Source of the DNA: Glaucostegus cemiculus
Lineage: Eukaryota
NCBI GenBank assembly: GCA_976551045.1
Contig: CDPCPM010000213.1
Location: 7,192,001-7,256,000 of the forward strand
DNA: 64,000 bases
Direction: 5' to 3'
Shown here piece after piece: positions 37,289 to 51,209 of this stretch (position 1 is the stretch's first letter; each line of letters starts with the position of its first letter). The notes below the pieces were generated by a model. That model saw only the letters and a program-made list of their open reading frames with translations, searched no databases and was not told the DNA's origin. The translations under genes and the position numbers were made by a program.

Positions 37289-38089
37289 AGTAGAGTTTGT
37301 GTAGTTGCAAACAAACTTATATTAAAGAAGTGCATTGACCTAAAAATTGTGCTATTAAAACACTCAGGGATATGGACACAATGTTCAGGATCTCCTGAGA
37401 AATGACCAGGGCAAATGGCCACAACTAATGGCTGGTGTTTAGAGAGAGGTGAATCAGTAGTTTTTCATGTGGGAACGTGTCTGATATGGCAAGTATGCAT
37501 AATTCTACTGTACAGTGGGCAGTGTAGTCCAGAGTAGATTTGAACAGATCACAGTATTTCACCATCTTTCACACCGTTTCTATTTCCTTTACACTTTGTC
37601 CCTTATTCTTTTCCTCCACATTCTAACTATGCAATGGTGTGCTCTCTTACAAATGGAAGCTCTATCTGTCATTTCATTTCCTTCTGTCTCTTTCTATTGC
37701 ATTTACCCTTCACGTTTAGTTTCAGCTCCTGTTCTCCATCTTTGACCCTGCAATGAGGTCTGGAGGGACTGTTTGCACTTCAAAGGACAAAGAGAAGCAA
37801 ACAGGACCACTGACTGAAGCTTCAAGGAATAAGAAAGTTTGCAGGAGTAGAATTAGAATGAAGTTGTTGGACCAGGATTCGGCAGTGGGCCAAGCTGTAG
37901 GGTTAAAAGAAAGTGAAAGAAAACAGCATGTTCCACAAGTTGAAAGGAAACGCAGCAGCCTGCAGGAAAAGAAAACACATGGCAGGGAATTGGGGGCTTC
38001 AAAAAAAAGTACAGTAAATGCAAAGAATGGATCTCAGCAGGCTGAAAGACTAAAAATAAGAGTACACAAGAAAAACCAAAAACTTAATC

Positions 38090-38400
38090 CCTAACCTCCT
38101 CCACCCCTACAGCCTCCAAAACATCTATGTTCCCTCAATCCTGGACTCTTGCTCACTCCCCAGTTTAAATTGGTCAACTGTTGCCTTGGTTTGCTCAGAG
38201 ATTTGAAATTGCCTTCCTAAACCTTCACTCTTCCTATTTGCTTCTCGTTCTTTAAGAAATTCCTCAAAGTCTGTTTCTTAGACCAATGTTTCAGTCATCT
38301 GTCCTCCTATCTCTTCATTAGCTTGGATGGAAAATTTGTTTGAGGGTTCTGTGAACTGCTTGGGATGATTTATTGCAGGGAAAGCACTATATAGATGAAA
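38090..38400 (+). mobile_element. L2 LINE 3' end
   Basis: cctccaccctacagcctccaa..atctatgttcc...ttctttaagaaattcctcaaa...gaccaa...ctgtgaactgcttgggatg...gcactatataga. Confidence 0.65.
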
Positions 38401-41400
38401 GCCACTGGTTTTGGTGCTGGTGGTCAGTCAAATATTTAGAATGAAGTTGAGAATTCTGGCAGGAAAGAACTAGACAGGCCACAATTATAATTGATTCTAT
38501 GATCCCAGCAGCAAATTAGGGGGCTGTTTGATCAAGGCAATAGCACCACCTAGCTTAGAAACTTACAACTTAATAAAATATGAAAATTAAATTGCAAAAT
38601 GAAAATCATGACACTAAGCGTGATACTTCGATTAACTATGTGCAAAACTCCTAATCTCCAGTTAACTGGAAACTGTTACAAAATTATTTGATTCTAACTA
38701 ACTTGAACATAGGGAGAGAACTTTGTCTTTGATCAGAAATGATAAATGGGTGCAAGGATTCCATATGCACTCACCTCCTGTCATTCTGATCCACTGAATT
38801 CGGAGGACAGGTTATCGTAAAGCAAAAGAAATTGGAGGCCAATACTTTCACACCTGTTTACCATGAGGAACCAAAGACTGGTTTCTCCTGCTTTGTACAA
38901 GAAAGTTAAACTAATTGAATATCATTTTTATTCAACTCAGTGAGTGCCAGCAATGGAGAAATATTCTGTGGTTGATGAAGTAAGGTAGATTCTTCCATTT
39001 CAATATTCAATTAACATCATGAAGAAATGCTTCAAAAATGAGCTGTGAACAATACTTCTTGTGTGTGCAGGAAAGGAAAGAAATACTCCTCAATAATGCA
39101 AAGTGTTAAAAATTAATCAGTGGAATCCTTTTATAGGTGCCACATATGCAATAATGCATGTTGGTTTGTTTACATTGATTTCTAATTGGGCTGGTTCATA
39201 CTAGCTTGGGTTATACTTAGTGCTGATCAGACTTCCACATCTGTGCACTAAGTGGAGAAGTTGAGGATCACATCAAAACTCTTGCTGCATCTCTGAACAT
39301 TTCACTAACGCACTTTGTATCTGGCTCCTCACCTGCCTAATACATCTATCCTATTCATTTGAGCGGCATTGCCAATTTTCACTGAAAAGTTCAGTGAATG
39401 TCAGTGGCTTCTAATTTAAAAAAAAAACTTTGGTTAATATCAATATTTCCAATTCACTTACATCTATTGAATTCATTTTAAGTAATATTCATTTTAAATA
39501 ATATTTAACACCTGTAATTATTCATTTGTTTCCACAAGTTGTTGGAAAGACAACAAGCAGTCTCCAGGTGGGGCCTCTATTTCAACTACGTGGCCCATTC
39601 CACCTCACAGAATGTGCTCTGCTGCAATGGGGGCGGTATGTTGGGTGTTGACTACAGGTGACCCACTCCAATGTGTTCTGATTGCCGATGTTCTACTGAA
39701 TTAAGAACTGTTATTGGCAACAATAATGAGCCAAACTGGAATTCCCAGCTTGGCATTTCTGCACATGGACTTTCTCTGCTGTCAGGGCAGATCAATGGTG
39801 GAAGGACTGAGTGCCAACACCAGTTATGGTGCACACTTCCCACCACCTTGCCTTACTTTCAGTAACAAAACCACCACAATGTCTCACTTGGTTCAACAGT
39901 ATTCACCTCATCCATCATAGCTCCAGTCTTCTGACTGTCAATCCTGTTGCTGTGCCTACCATTTGAAGCATCCTTGACTTTGGTGGATGGACATGAAAAC
40001 ATGTGCCATGAATACTAATGAGAGTGTAAGTTCCACCAGTTTTTAATGTCTGGGTGCATACTTCTCCAGGCAGCAGTCCCAGAAGGCACAAACATTGCCA
40101 ATTGAGGCAGTTTTCTATCTGCTGAGGAGCTCCTACTCAAACTTACACTTAAAGCTGCACGTACACCTATTATCTCATTGTAAGTGAAATAATGGCAATA
40201 GGAAACATACAAATAATTTAGGTTAAGATGCAATCAGACTTCACTCATATGGAGCCACATGGCAAACAGAAGACACCTAGCCAGGTTTGACTAGCTTTGT
40301 GTACAATATCAGTTTGGAAGGGGAAGTGAGGAATTTGTGGTTCTTGGAAATACTCCCCCATTAGGAAAACTGCAGGGAGAATTACACAAAGTCTATGTTG
40401 TAGACTGAACCAGAAAAAGGCACTAGGGAATCAGAATTATAAAGCCCTCAGATACTTTCTGGTGCAGGATATTTCAGGCACATTTAGACTCTGAGGAAAA
40501 TAACAGACACCACTGAACCTGGGTGTAATAGGATGTTGTGCTTACTGCCATTCACATACCTTCCCAGCCAGAAGGGAAAATCAAGTTGCTTGGTTCAACA
40601 TACACAAGTTCAGACAATCCTGTGGAATCCAAATTAGTCCTGGAATGAAGAAGAGGCAAACATGGCATTGATCTCATTCCAATTGTTACAGAAGACTTCT
40701 GATTATATGACTTAATTCCAACATCTAATTTAGCAGTTGATACTGAAGGGTCGAGAGCACTCTTCTAACCAGGCTGTTTATTATTAACACTTAAGACCAA
40801 TTTAATACATAATATAATTATTAGTCATTACATAAGTGTTGCATAATTAACACAAGAGTAGAATTCTAACAATGAGAAATCAAAATAGCATAACATTGAA
40901 CTTTTGAAAAATAAACAGAATACTATTATGCAAGGCCATTGTTGTGTAAATGTATCAGAATGTAGGAATAACTAGTAATGAGTTTCTGGGTTATATCTGA
41001 TGCTATGCCGACGTTTTTACTCGATCCCTAATCTAGATCATCAAACTCATCAGGGAGGCATCTGTGAAAGTGCAACAATTTAGTGTCAGAAGAGCAGGGT
41101 GTAATGGTACACAAACCAATGTCCCAACAGGGAACATCAAACAACACCAGAACCTATTCCAACCTGATTCTGCTCATCATTTCTGGTTGAATTTTTGGGA
41201 TGCAATTCACGTGAGATCCATATCCAAGATCTTTAAATTTTATGTTAATGATCATAAATGTACAAGCAAAAATGAACTAATTCCCTATGCCGAGCACCAT
41301 GCCAGATGTGAGAGAGGGCAACACTCCCACCACTGATCTGGCATCATATTGACAACATTCCCAAATCTTAAAGATGGAATCATTTAAAGAATGTGGCTAT

Positions 41401-43234
41401 GCCCTAAAAGCAGCAGTGATACTGGGACACACCCTATTGATCCTATAGGACAACAGTGAGGAAACTTGTCAGTCATACACGAGAAGGAAGGGGAACTGCA
41501 ATCCACTCTGAACAAAGATATAATTGACCCACTTTTGCTTGCTCATTGTCCTCTTGCTGGTGAGCCACAAATCTAAGTGAGCATTCAATCTTGAATCAAG
41601 TTTAATAATAGGATTCTTATATATGTAGAATTAATGAGGTTTCTAGTGTAGCCTGGCATTTGCCTGTTTTACTTAGAACAAACAAATACCTTCTCTTCAC
41701 TCCAAACTGTCCTTTCCAGTGTGCTTCCAAAGCCAGCAAGAGCACAAATCCCATTAAAAACTCCATTGTTCAGCCTTCTCCTCTTCCACCTTTACTAAAC
41801 CAGGTTCCACACTAAAGAGAGCAAACTTTCAGTTCAAGTTTCTTTCCTCAATGGGAATAGACAATGGGTGAAGACCTGCCCAGCTATTATTGTTAAACAA
41901 GTGCAAGAGCATTGGCCATCCAGTGTAGTTCCAGTGTGAGATTCAGTTCCATTACATTCAATGAAATCAAACACTGGAGTACAGCAGGCAATGGATACAT
42001 AACAGAAATCTGATCACATGATAAAAATTTCCAGCAAGAAAACAACTTTTTTTCCTGTACTGCAACAAGTTAATGATTGCTTTTGGATTGAATCACACTA
42101 CACCAGAAATTTGATTAGGTGCTTCACGTCATAAATTCCTCTTCTGCTGTTGACATACTTTCAGTGTAAGACATGCATGTAATATCATTCCCTGGCTGGA
42201 CATCATTCACTTACAGTATTGCTGGGAGGAAATTTCCAAAATGGGCCTGTCAAAGGACATTCTCAGCCCTACCAGGTCATAATGATGCTGCTACTTTAAG
42301 GGGGTCCCCCCAACTGAGCACTGGGAATCTTAGTTTATTTACCCATTTGTTCTCCTTCGTACCTCAGACTCCTTCCCTCCAGACTTGAGCTAATTACCCT
42401 TGCCTGAGCACACCCATCCACTAGCATCACAACCCAAGGCTTCAATCTCACAACACCTTAAGTTTCCCAACCCCAGGCCCAATCTCATCACTCAACCACT
42501 AACTACAGGACCCACAGTCGCCTACTACCCTGAACTCATCAACCATCCCTTGCCCCAGCACCAGCTAGAGATTATAGGCCCTCTCGCCACTGAACACCAA
42601 CAACTGACCCCTGGCCTAAGCTCCCTTCTGAATCCTGCCTCTTCTTCTCCCCCTCCCACCCCCCACTCATCCACTGGCTTGAGTCCAGCTAGCACCAGAA
42701 TAATCGTTTTTTCTTGTGTATTTGTGCAGTTCATGAAAGAAATACCTTACCCTCAAGCAAGGCTGGTTCATTACTAACAGCTTGGGCCTCCAGAACCATC
42801 AGCTTTTCAGCAATGGGCTCATACTCAAAACAATTGTTGACATGCTGCAGAATGAAAGATTAAGGCACAGGTATTTCTGGGTCGACTTCATGTCTTTGTC
42901 TGAAGACTAAAAATTCACCTTCACCTGTTAGCGCCAAAGTCTAAAACTACAATGAGAGAAAAAAAACTTCTCTTCATCCATAAGGAAATCCCTTTGAAAC
43001 AAATTAATACAATGCTTATTAGTGTAAAAATTGAGACTTAACTGCTCTCTCATCTTTAAATATTTATTTTTGGTATTCACTTGTGAAGCCTGACATTTAT
43101 GCAAATTTGTCACAATTCTGCCAGTAGGCACAGTTTAGTCTTTATTCTGCAGGAAGCTACAGGGAATCTACAGGTAGTTGAAGATTCCCTATGGACTCAT
43201 TTCTGTGGTCTAGCTTTGAAATAAAAAAATGTAA

Positions 43235-44512
43235 AAGGTTATGGATTAGTTAAGTGAGTCAACAAAGATCTGGAAAACAGTGTAATGTGAAATTGCCCAC
43301 TTTGGCAGGAAAAATTAAAAAGAAAACAAATCTAAATGGTAAGTGATTCCAGAGCTCTGAAATGAAGAAACTGGGTAGTGCATGATTTACATGCTAGTAC
43401 ATAGGTGTGCACATACAGCAATTAATTGGCAAAGCTAATGGAATGTTGTTGTTGCTTACCAGTGGAATTAATCCAAAAGTAAGGAGGTTATGCTCCACTT
43501 TTGCAGGGTATTGGTGAGACCACATCTGAAGTACTGTATATAACACTGGCCTCCCCATTTAAACAATGACGTCAATGCATTGGGAGCAGTTCAGAGGTTT
43601 ACTAGATTAATACCTGGAATGGGCAGGTTATTCTTATGAAGAAAGGTCGAGCATACAAGGTTTGTACCTGCTGGAGTTCAGAAGTGAGAGGGGGAATCCT
43701 GAGGGGTCTTGACAGGTTGTATGCTTGGAGTATGTTTCTTTTTGAGGGAGAATCTAGAGCTAAGATACCACTGAAAAATTAGGTGTCACCCATTTAAAGT
43801 AGAGATGAGGCAAAGTATTTTCTTTTGGCAGGTTAAAAGTCTTGAACACACTTCCTCAAAGGGCAATGGGAGCAGAATCTTTGAATACTTAAGGCAAAGA
43901 TTTTTTTTTAAATCAAAGTAAACTTTATTCATAATAAAAGATAAACTATATACAATTATAAAACAGTGCAAGCCTTTACATTCTTGTACAGATCATTCAT
44001 CAGCATTACCTTTTTATATAATGCCACACGTGGCTCCCTGGGGGCTACCCAGTCCCATATTTACAATATTTAGGGGCTTTCTCACCTGACCCCACCCCTC
44101 TCTCTCCAGTGGCAGAAGAACCCTAAACTGTAGACCTTCCCCACAGAGCCTTTGTGTTGGCTGTACCCAGCTTCAGTGTGTCCCTCAGCAGGTACTCCTG
44201 CAGCCTGGAATGTGCCAGTTGGCAGCATTCCCCTGCAGCATCTCGCAGTGCTGCAAGACCAAGTTTTGGGCCAACCAAAGGGAGTCTTTCACCGAGTTGA
44301 TGACCTTCCAGCAGCAGTTGATGTCAGTCTCTATGTATCCCTGGGAACAGCCTGTAGATCAGAGGTAGATAGATTTTTGATAAACAATGGATGAAAGCTT
44401 ACTATGTTTGGCCAGGAATGCAGAGTTGAGGTTCCAATCAGATCAGCCATTATCTTAGTAATGGTGGAACAGACCTGACAGGCCAAGTGGCCTACTCCTG
44501 CTCCTAATTCAT
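43235..44512 (+). mobile_element. CR1 LINE 3' portion, interrupted at 43901-44364
   Basis: KANGML, LVRPHLKYCI..WPPHL and FTRLIPGM motifs. The CR1 3' UTR ends tggcctactcctgctcctaattc at about 44510. Confidence 0.85.
43901..44364 (-). mobile_element. Tx1/L1-clade LINE 3' end (ORF2 C-terminus, 3' UTR, poly-A)
   Basis: Minus strand LIYRLFPG..ETDINCCWKVINSVKDSLWLAQNL...CCQLAHSRLQEYLLRDTLKLGTANTKALWGRSTV* (stop 44123-44125). AATAAA at 43929-43924 and an A9 tail at 43909-43901. Confidence 0.85.
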
Positions 44513-45099
44513 CAACCCTGGTATATAAAAATTTTCAGGAAAAAGGCACTTGCTCATTATACATTGATATGAAAATCAATTATATTTACATTACAAATTC
44601 TATATCACTGTTTAGCCAATATGAGAAATGGGTCAGGTTCATTTTCCTTCAATGTCACCTTCTTAAGGTCTAAAGTGACAACCAGAACAATAACCATTAA
44701 ATTTGCCTTTCAAATTTATGACACTATCCAGCCTAATGTTGATTTCACCTACCACAGAGAACAGTTCAGTAAATACTATAACATAAATTGTGTGTGTTCC
44801 TGTTAGTAAGGCCAAGAATCTACAACAATTTGAAACAAAGACTGTCATAAATGAGGGGGGGGGGGCATTCTCCCTTCTATCTTGACCTTCTAAATCTATT
44901 AATTCTCTTAAATTATTCAAGGACTACTTGGAAAAATTTTCTAGATATTAATCTGAAAACAGTTTTGAAATTACCATCCATTAAGAATCTACATCCTTTT
45001 GGTTTACTGAAGTAGTACTCAAGAATAATCACCATATTTAATTTAGTATCTCTCAGCGACAAGGCAGAGGGACCAATGCAAAGTAAACTGAAGAGAGAA

Positions 45100-45337
45100 C
45101 CGAGATGAGGAGAACACTGCTGAGTTATTGGAACTCTCTACCTCAGAGGGCTGTGATTGTTCAGATGTTGATTGTATTAAAGGCAGATGTTGATGGGTTT
45201 GTTGTACACTGAGGAAAAAAAAAGAGAACCATGTGGGGAAAGTGGAGTTGGGTTCTGAGCCAGTCTTAATTGGATTATAGGCAGAGCAGACTCAAAAGAA
45301 CAGTATGGGCTTTTAAAAATTTTCTTATGTTCTTATA
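45100..45337 (+). mobile_element. CR1 3' end fragment
   Basis: tggaactctctacctcagagggctgtg...aaggcagatgttgat...tttcttatgttcttat tail. Confidence 0.65.
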
Positions 45338-45794
45338 GTGGTATCAAAGGTGGTCACCAAATGCATTTACTGCCACCAATGCTCCATTTCTACCAAGAGA
45401 TAAAAAAAAAGCTACAAAGTTTGCCTCTGGATTTCTCCAACCTTACCTCAAGAATCCTCTGACATTCAAGGTTAGCTCTGGGGCCTTTCCCTGTGGAAGC
45501 TCAGACATTAGTCCTTCTGTGAGCAGAGTTGAATGTTGTATTTGTGTTGCAGCAACCACACAACTTCACTGGTTTGGTAAACGTTGCTTGGGATTGTTTG
45601 GTTGTTCAGCAGGTCATAATAACTACTTTCGATAAATGTTCAGCCTTAATACCATTCCCAATCCATGTCCTAGCCATTTTGACACCTTAATACCCTATGA
45701 TCTTATTATCTTGATATATGAAGCAGCTAGATTACCTAAAAGAATTTTATATAGAAATAGCCAAAAAAAGTTTAACAGGCCACCTACTTAAATA

Positions 45795-45815
45795 AAAAAA
45801 AAAAAAAAAAAAAAA
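45795..45815 (+). repeat. Poly(A) run
   Basis: About 21 A, directly following aaat. Confidence 0.9.
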
Positions 45816-48800
45816 TCCTATTAAAGTATACTGTCCAATAGACTTTGTTCCTTCCAGCTGAATATCGAGTTATATCTGGTCCACAAATGAAAATGTTCTT
45901 AGTTCTGATTCAATTATTTAAAATACTGCATTATAGCAAGAGAATGGGGGGGGGGGATATTTTGCAACTTTTTAGTAAATTCCCTCCATGCAATGTCCTA
46001 CAGAGGGACAAGTTTCAAACAGACAATTTGAACAGCCCCTGTAACCACATGGTATGATACACAGATGGCCAAACCTGCATGAGATCTGGCATTCACCACA
46101 GGATGCACATGTAACATGGTTTGAATATAAATGGCTTAGAAATTGAGTTTACCCATTAAACTGCCTTGGGGAAAGAACTAAATCCAGGAATTCTCAGTCT
46201 TAGAGGAGCCTGTTGCAAATAGTCAGAATTGAAGTGTTTAGTACAATTCAAATATTGATCCCAGCGCACCACATCATTGTATCACTATAGTTTATCTTCT
46301 TGGATGCCTTGATTCCAAATCAGTCCCAGTTCTATGTAGTCCCTCTGCATTCTGGATGCTGCCATATGCTCCGGTGCAGACTGTCAAATATATGGACCAG
46401 CTCAAACGTACAAACACATTGAAAAATGTAGAGTATTAGTGATGCAATTTATCCTTCAACTGATTTATTTCTTTGACTTCACCTACTCCTGCACAGGACA
46501 GAAGATGCAGCTGAAATCCATATTTTGTTTCTCCATTGTGCAGTTTGATTTACAATGTCATTGTAATGTAGTCAAACATTGTCAGCACAAATCTTCAGTC
46601 CATCCAATTTTCCACCCCCCAAACATCTTTGTATTTGTATTCTCTATTTGAAAACAGCATGGTCGGTTGTTAAGTTGAAATAGAAAGGTCACAAATATTT
46701 TCTCTGGTTTATGCTCAGTTAGATTCATAAATGCTTCAGTGTGCTGAATGTCTCTCTCATTTTACAAGTGACCAGCCTAAAAGTACTACAACTGAGCAAA
46801 GTAAGAGCTTTTAAAAAAAAAACAAAGTGTCCTATGACCACTGGAAAAGCTTTGCTTACAATTTCCTCTGGCCAAATTTTCTCTCCCATCTCCATTTTGT
46901 ACTCACATGACTTTCTAGCTAAAAATTAATATTTCCCAAAGCACTTTCAATTCACACTAGTTTCATTGCATGGAGATATGAAGCCACATAACACAATTGA
47001 AGAGCTGGAAACCCAGTGTGTAAAATCTAGTACTACAGGGAAATATTTAGTAGTTGTGACATTTGTACTTATTTACTATTTTATCATCAATTTTGACCTT
47101 TTTTACTGTTATGTTCTGAATTGTAATAATGGAAAGTTACTGTGTCATAAAATGATTTAATTATGAATTTATTATGCACATATTTCATTGTTATTCAAAA
47201 CTAAAGTGCTTCCATAAGCATAGTGGGTTTGTATTTACTTAGCTATAGTCTATCAGAAAAGGAATGAAGTGTGTGACCAGAATTAAGCTGTCTATTTTAC
47301 TGTGTTGGCTCACTCAGATGTAATGGATTTGAACACCTGTTTCTATATTTGAAAAGTACAAAATGACCCATGCCTTGTCACATGCTAAGATTGTGAAGCT
47401 AACATCTGAATAGGAGATAAATGATACAGAAAATCTTTATGCAGGTCTTCTATTCTGACTGTTTAGCCAGCAGCTGTCAAACATTTCTTATAGTTATTGA
47501 CATTTTTATTGCAACTTCCCAATGAATCTACAGAGCATTGAGGCTTTATGTCTTCTTTACAGTACTAAGGTAGTAAGTATTAGAATTAAAGAGGGATAGG
47601 TGGGAGGGTTACAAAATCTTTGCCTAGGAATTGGACTTCATCCTTGTGTACTGCTCTAAACAGCTGCTCCATAATAACATTAATGCCTAATTAGGGACCC
47701 GCAAGAATTGACAAAATTGGACAAATATCAAAATAAACTGTTAAGATAGTTTTCACTGTTATTCATGTGTTGAAACTTTACCTGTGCAGTTGCTGGGGGC
47801 AGATGTATGCAGAGATCACAACTGCCATCATTGCCATGGTGATCACTGGGAAGGTGATCAGACCTTAAGGAATTGTAGCAGCCAGAGGAATGTCAAATAT
47901 CCCATCAGGCTTTGGGAGGAGACTCCGCTGCCTCAGAAGAGATGTTGGAAAGCATAGGACCAAGAGGTACAGTGAAGGTCATGTGATCACCCCATGGTCA
48001 GTCTCAATTGAGATCATAGCTGAGATAGCTTTACAGTCCCTGTGGACTACCCTATTGTAAACATCCCACTGAGGGGTATCTGGAGGCTAGAACAAGCATA
48101 TGGGTGTGTTTGGGACCAGGCATCTTGTGGAAAAGGATATTTGAAAGATGTCAAAAGCTCAGGTAAACACTCTGGTGACTAAGGAACCAAATAGTTAAAA
48201 TAATTGTAGGATGGTGCCAGCAGGAATTTGAAGTAGTTAAAGTGGACATGGATTGGAATTACAGCTGTGTAAATGGCAATAAATAACTTTGGAATATATG
48301 CAAAGAAATGTATAAAAAGGTGACTTATCAGATGATCAGCAGCAGGACCAACAGCTCCATAGACCAACCACTGAAGAACCACCCGAGTCAGGGACTCAGA
48401 AGATCTCGCCAAGATTGAACCCCAGCCAGGTTCATCAAGAGTGAGTAGTATTTGAATACAAGTAGTGAGTGTGGGGAGTTGTGAAAGTAAACTAAAGAGC
48501 TGTTTAACTGAAGGAGTTGTGAAGCTAAAAAGTTAATGAATCTTGTTTGAACCTATGTAGTGAACATTTGAGTTGTTTTAATCAGTCATGATTAATGAAG
48601 TAGTATAGTTCTCAGGCAAAGTCATTGTCTGGTGTGTTTCTCATGTGCTGCATTTAATGGGCAACAGAATGAGTCTCTCCACAACAGCCCCAGAATAGCT
48701 GTAGTAAAGTTCCCTTGGAGGCGAGGGAACACTTGGTTGGTTGGTAACTAAGACTACAGCCACACCTAGTGCTCCAAAATCTTGACAAAGTCCTGTGCTA

Positions 48801-50204
48801 CAAATATCTTGCACAGAGGTGCACGAAATGGTAACACTGGTTATCTAGGAAATACACAATGATGTTTATACATAGATACTGAGCAATGAGAAATTGATCT
48901 GGCAGAAGCTGGGAGTTAAACACTGATGTCACAGTGAGGACCCTTTAATTCCTGTCTCTGATGAATTACTATGAAGTTCACTTTAATCTTTGTGTTGATA
49001 AATGAAGGTCACAGATAGGCTCCTGTACAGGTGGTGTCATTAGGTATGTGACTTAACCTTACTAAGGTGAATCACACATAGAAGTGCCTTGCCAATTTCC
49101 TGATGGGCACTATTTAATCCAGAAATGACTCCTGGTATGACCTAAAACAATGTGCATAAAAACCATATGTGCATGTGTCCAATTTCTCAACTCTTGAATG
49201 TTGGGAATTTAACAGCAGTCTTTTAAAGCTTGAAAATAAGTTGGACATTAATGGATACTGAAAAACATACATCACATTTGAAATAAAAATCAGTTTCTTG
49301 ATGGTTTATAATTTTTCTTTACATTTACAAGTGGTTAGAATGCTCAGGACTTCCCCTATCCTTGTCTATGTTGCTTTTGCAGAGGTCTTGGAAACATCAT
49401 TGGCTAATGGTATCAGCTCCCAGCAGTCCTTCTTGCTCAGCTTTGCTGGAAATAGTGAGCAGAGGGCCAGCTGGATGGCATGGTTAAGCACAAAACTGTC
49501 ATTACTCCAGGGTCTGCTGGGGTAAGTAGGCCAGCAGGGGGCCACCTAAAATATGGGTGTCACTTAATCCCCAATGACCTTTCTGGCATAGGGTCTAATT
49601 AATGCTTCACCCCCCCCCCCCCCACCCTGCAAAAGGGCAAGTGGGGTGCCTTGGACTCCTGTTGTAAATGTGTACATTGGTACCTGGTTCTATTATCAGG
49701 GTTAATCTGTGATACTGAAGAGCAAGGAAGGAGACCGTGATAGGCTCTCTGGGGCAACACCTGTCAGAATTAGGAACTTGAAGCAGAGAAGGTAAAATGA
49801 ATTTTTCCAGTACTCTGGTGGGCCAGAGGTGGCAGAAATGTACACTTGCCATTGCAAGGAAGAATCAGCCACACACTCCCAGCCCTTTCAGCTGTGCTTC
49901 CCTTGTCCCAGCCCAGATTTTTATCAAGGCAAACCCTTATTTTCAGTGTTATTTCGTCATATTGTAAGTGCATGGTGTACATTTTTTTCCCTGTTAACTA
50001 CCTGTAAATGCTTCCTTGAAAAGTAGCACAAAACATCAGCAAGGGTTACTTAGATTGAGTAGAGACAGAATACACAGTGGAGAATCAGGATCAATGTGTA
50101 ACAATACATAGATGATAAAGGGTTTAAGAATAAATTCTCTAAAAAAAACTAATACCACAGTACGTGTTTGTGACATAAGACACCATTTTGCATCGTCTTT
50201 TGTA

Positions 50205-50455
50205 TTCCCAGTCACATTCCTTTATTTCCCTGTAATCTACTCTCATTTGCCAATCAACTCCCCTCAATTCTCCTGCCAGCCACATCACACATTAGGGACA
50301 ATTTACAGTAGCTAATTAACTTACTATCATGGCTTTGGGATGTGCAGCGAAACCAGTCTATAGAAAGGCCACACAGTTATGTAAACTCCATATAGACAGC
50401 ACCCAAAGCATGAAACAAACAGCTATCATTGGAATCGTGCTGCATTATTGCACCA
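50205..50455 (-). mobile_element. Decayed HE1-like SINE
   Basis: catcaactccc-like body, ggacaatttacagtagctaattaac, tttgggatgtg and aaactcca.a.agacagcaccc. Confidence 0.55.
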
Positions 50456-51209
50456 CTTGATAATACTCAATAGGGAATGGAGTCTGGCAACAAGGAACAA
50501 TATAGGTGGATGTAAAATAATATTAGAAATGTACAGAATATAAAGAGGTACAGTGGAGCTTAGAAAAAATTTCAGAGCTCAGAAGTGTAGAGACAGCAGA
50601 CTGAAAAAGATGCAGAAGAGTTTGCTCCTAAAAATACATAGAATGTGCAGATTGAAGAATAAACAGTTTATATTGATTCAAGTTAATCACAGTTGTCCCA
50701 TTCAGAGCAAGCTTTGGAATCATGTTCAAGGATGGAGGGAAGTACAAGGAATACTCAGGATCTGCAGCATCAATTTTTAAGATGCTACATCACCTGCCCA
50801 CAATCAAAGGTTTGTTTAAGCTGTGCACACGACACCTCTGATGCTAACACTCTAGTTTTGGTAAAGGGATTCTGCACGAGCATCCCTAACGACCAGAACA
50901 TTCAGATAATTATACCAAGTGTGCCATGCTGATTTAACGTCAGCCATTTTCAAATACCACACTCCAATATGTGCACTAAGTGGTATCAGTGACACCCAAA
51001 ACCAATACCACATAAAAGGGATAATGAAGGGCTTGCAGCTTATTTGCTGGATTACTTCTTTGCTTGCTGGTACATTTACGTTAGATCGCTCTTTTAATTG
51101 ACTATAAAACTTTCAGTAGACTACAGAGCATCTTCAATAGCCTGCCTCATGCAGAAAAATGTGGTTGTTGATTGAAAATCTTGTACTGAAATAAGTTGCT
51201 TCATGCATG

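Noticed and set aside
37753-38094. 113-aa Lys-rich ORF
   Set aside because: Explained by purine-rich composition; no domain, splice or promoter support.
48056-48115. miR-30-like tgtaaacatccc with a weak downstream complement
   Set aside because: The match ends after 12 nt and the stem is poor; true miR-30 loci are conserved across the whole mature sequence.
47780-48600. Possible LTR (tataaaaagg at about 48311) or a third Harbinger relic
   Set aside because: No TG...CA ends, TSD or PBS, and the peptide similarity is too faint to support either reading.
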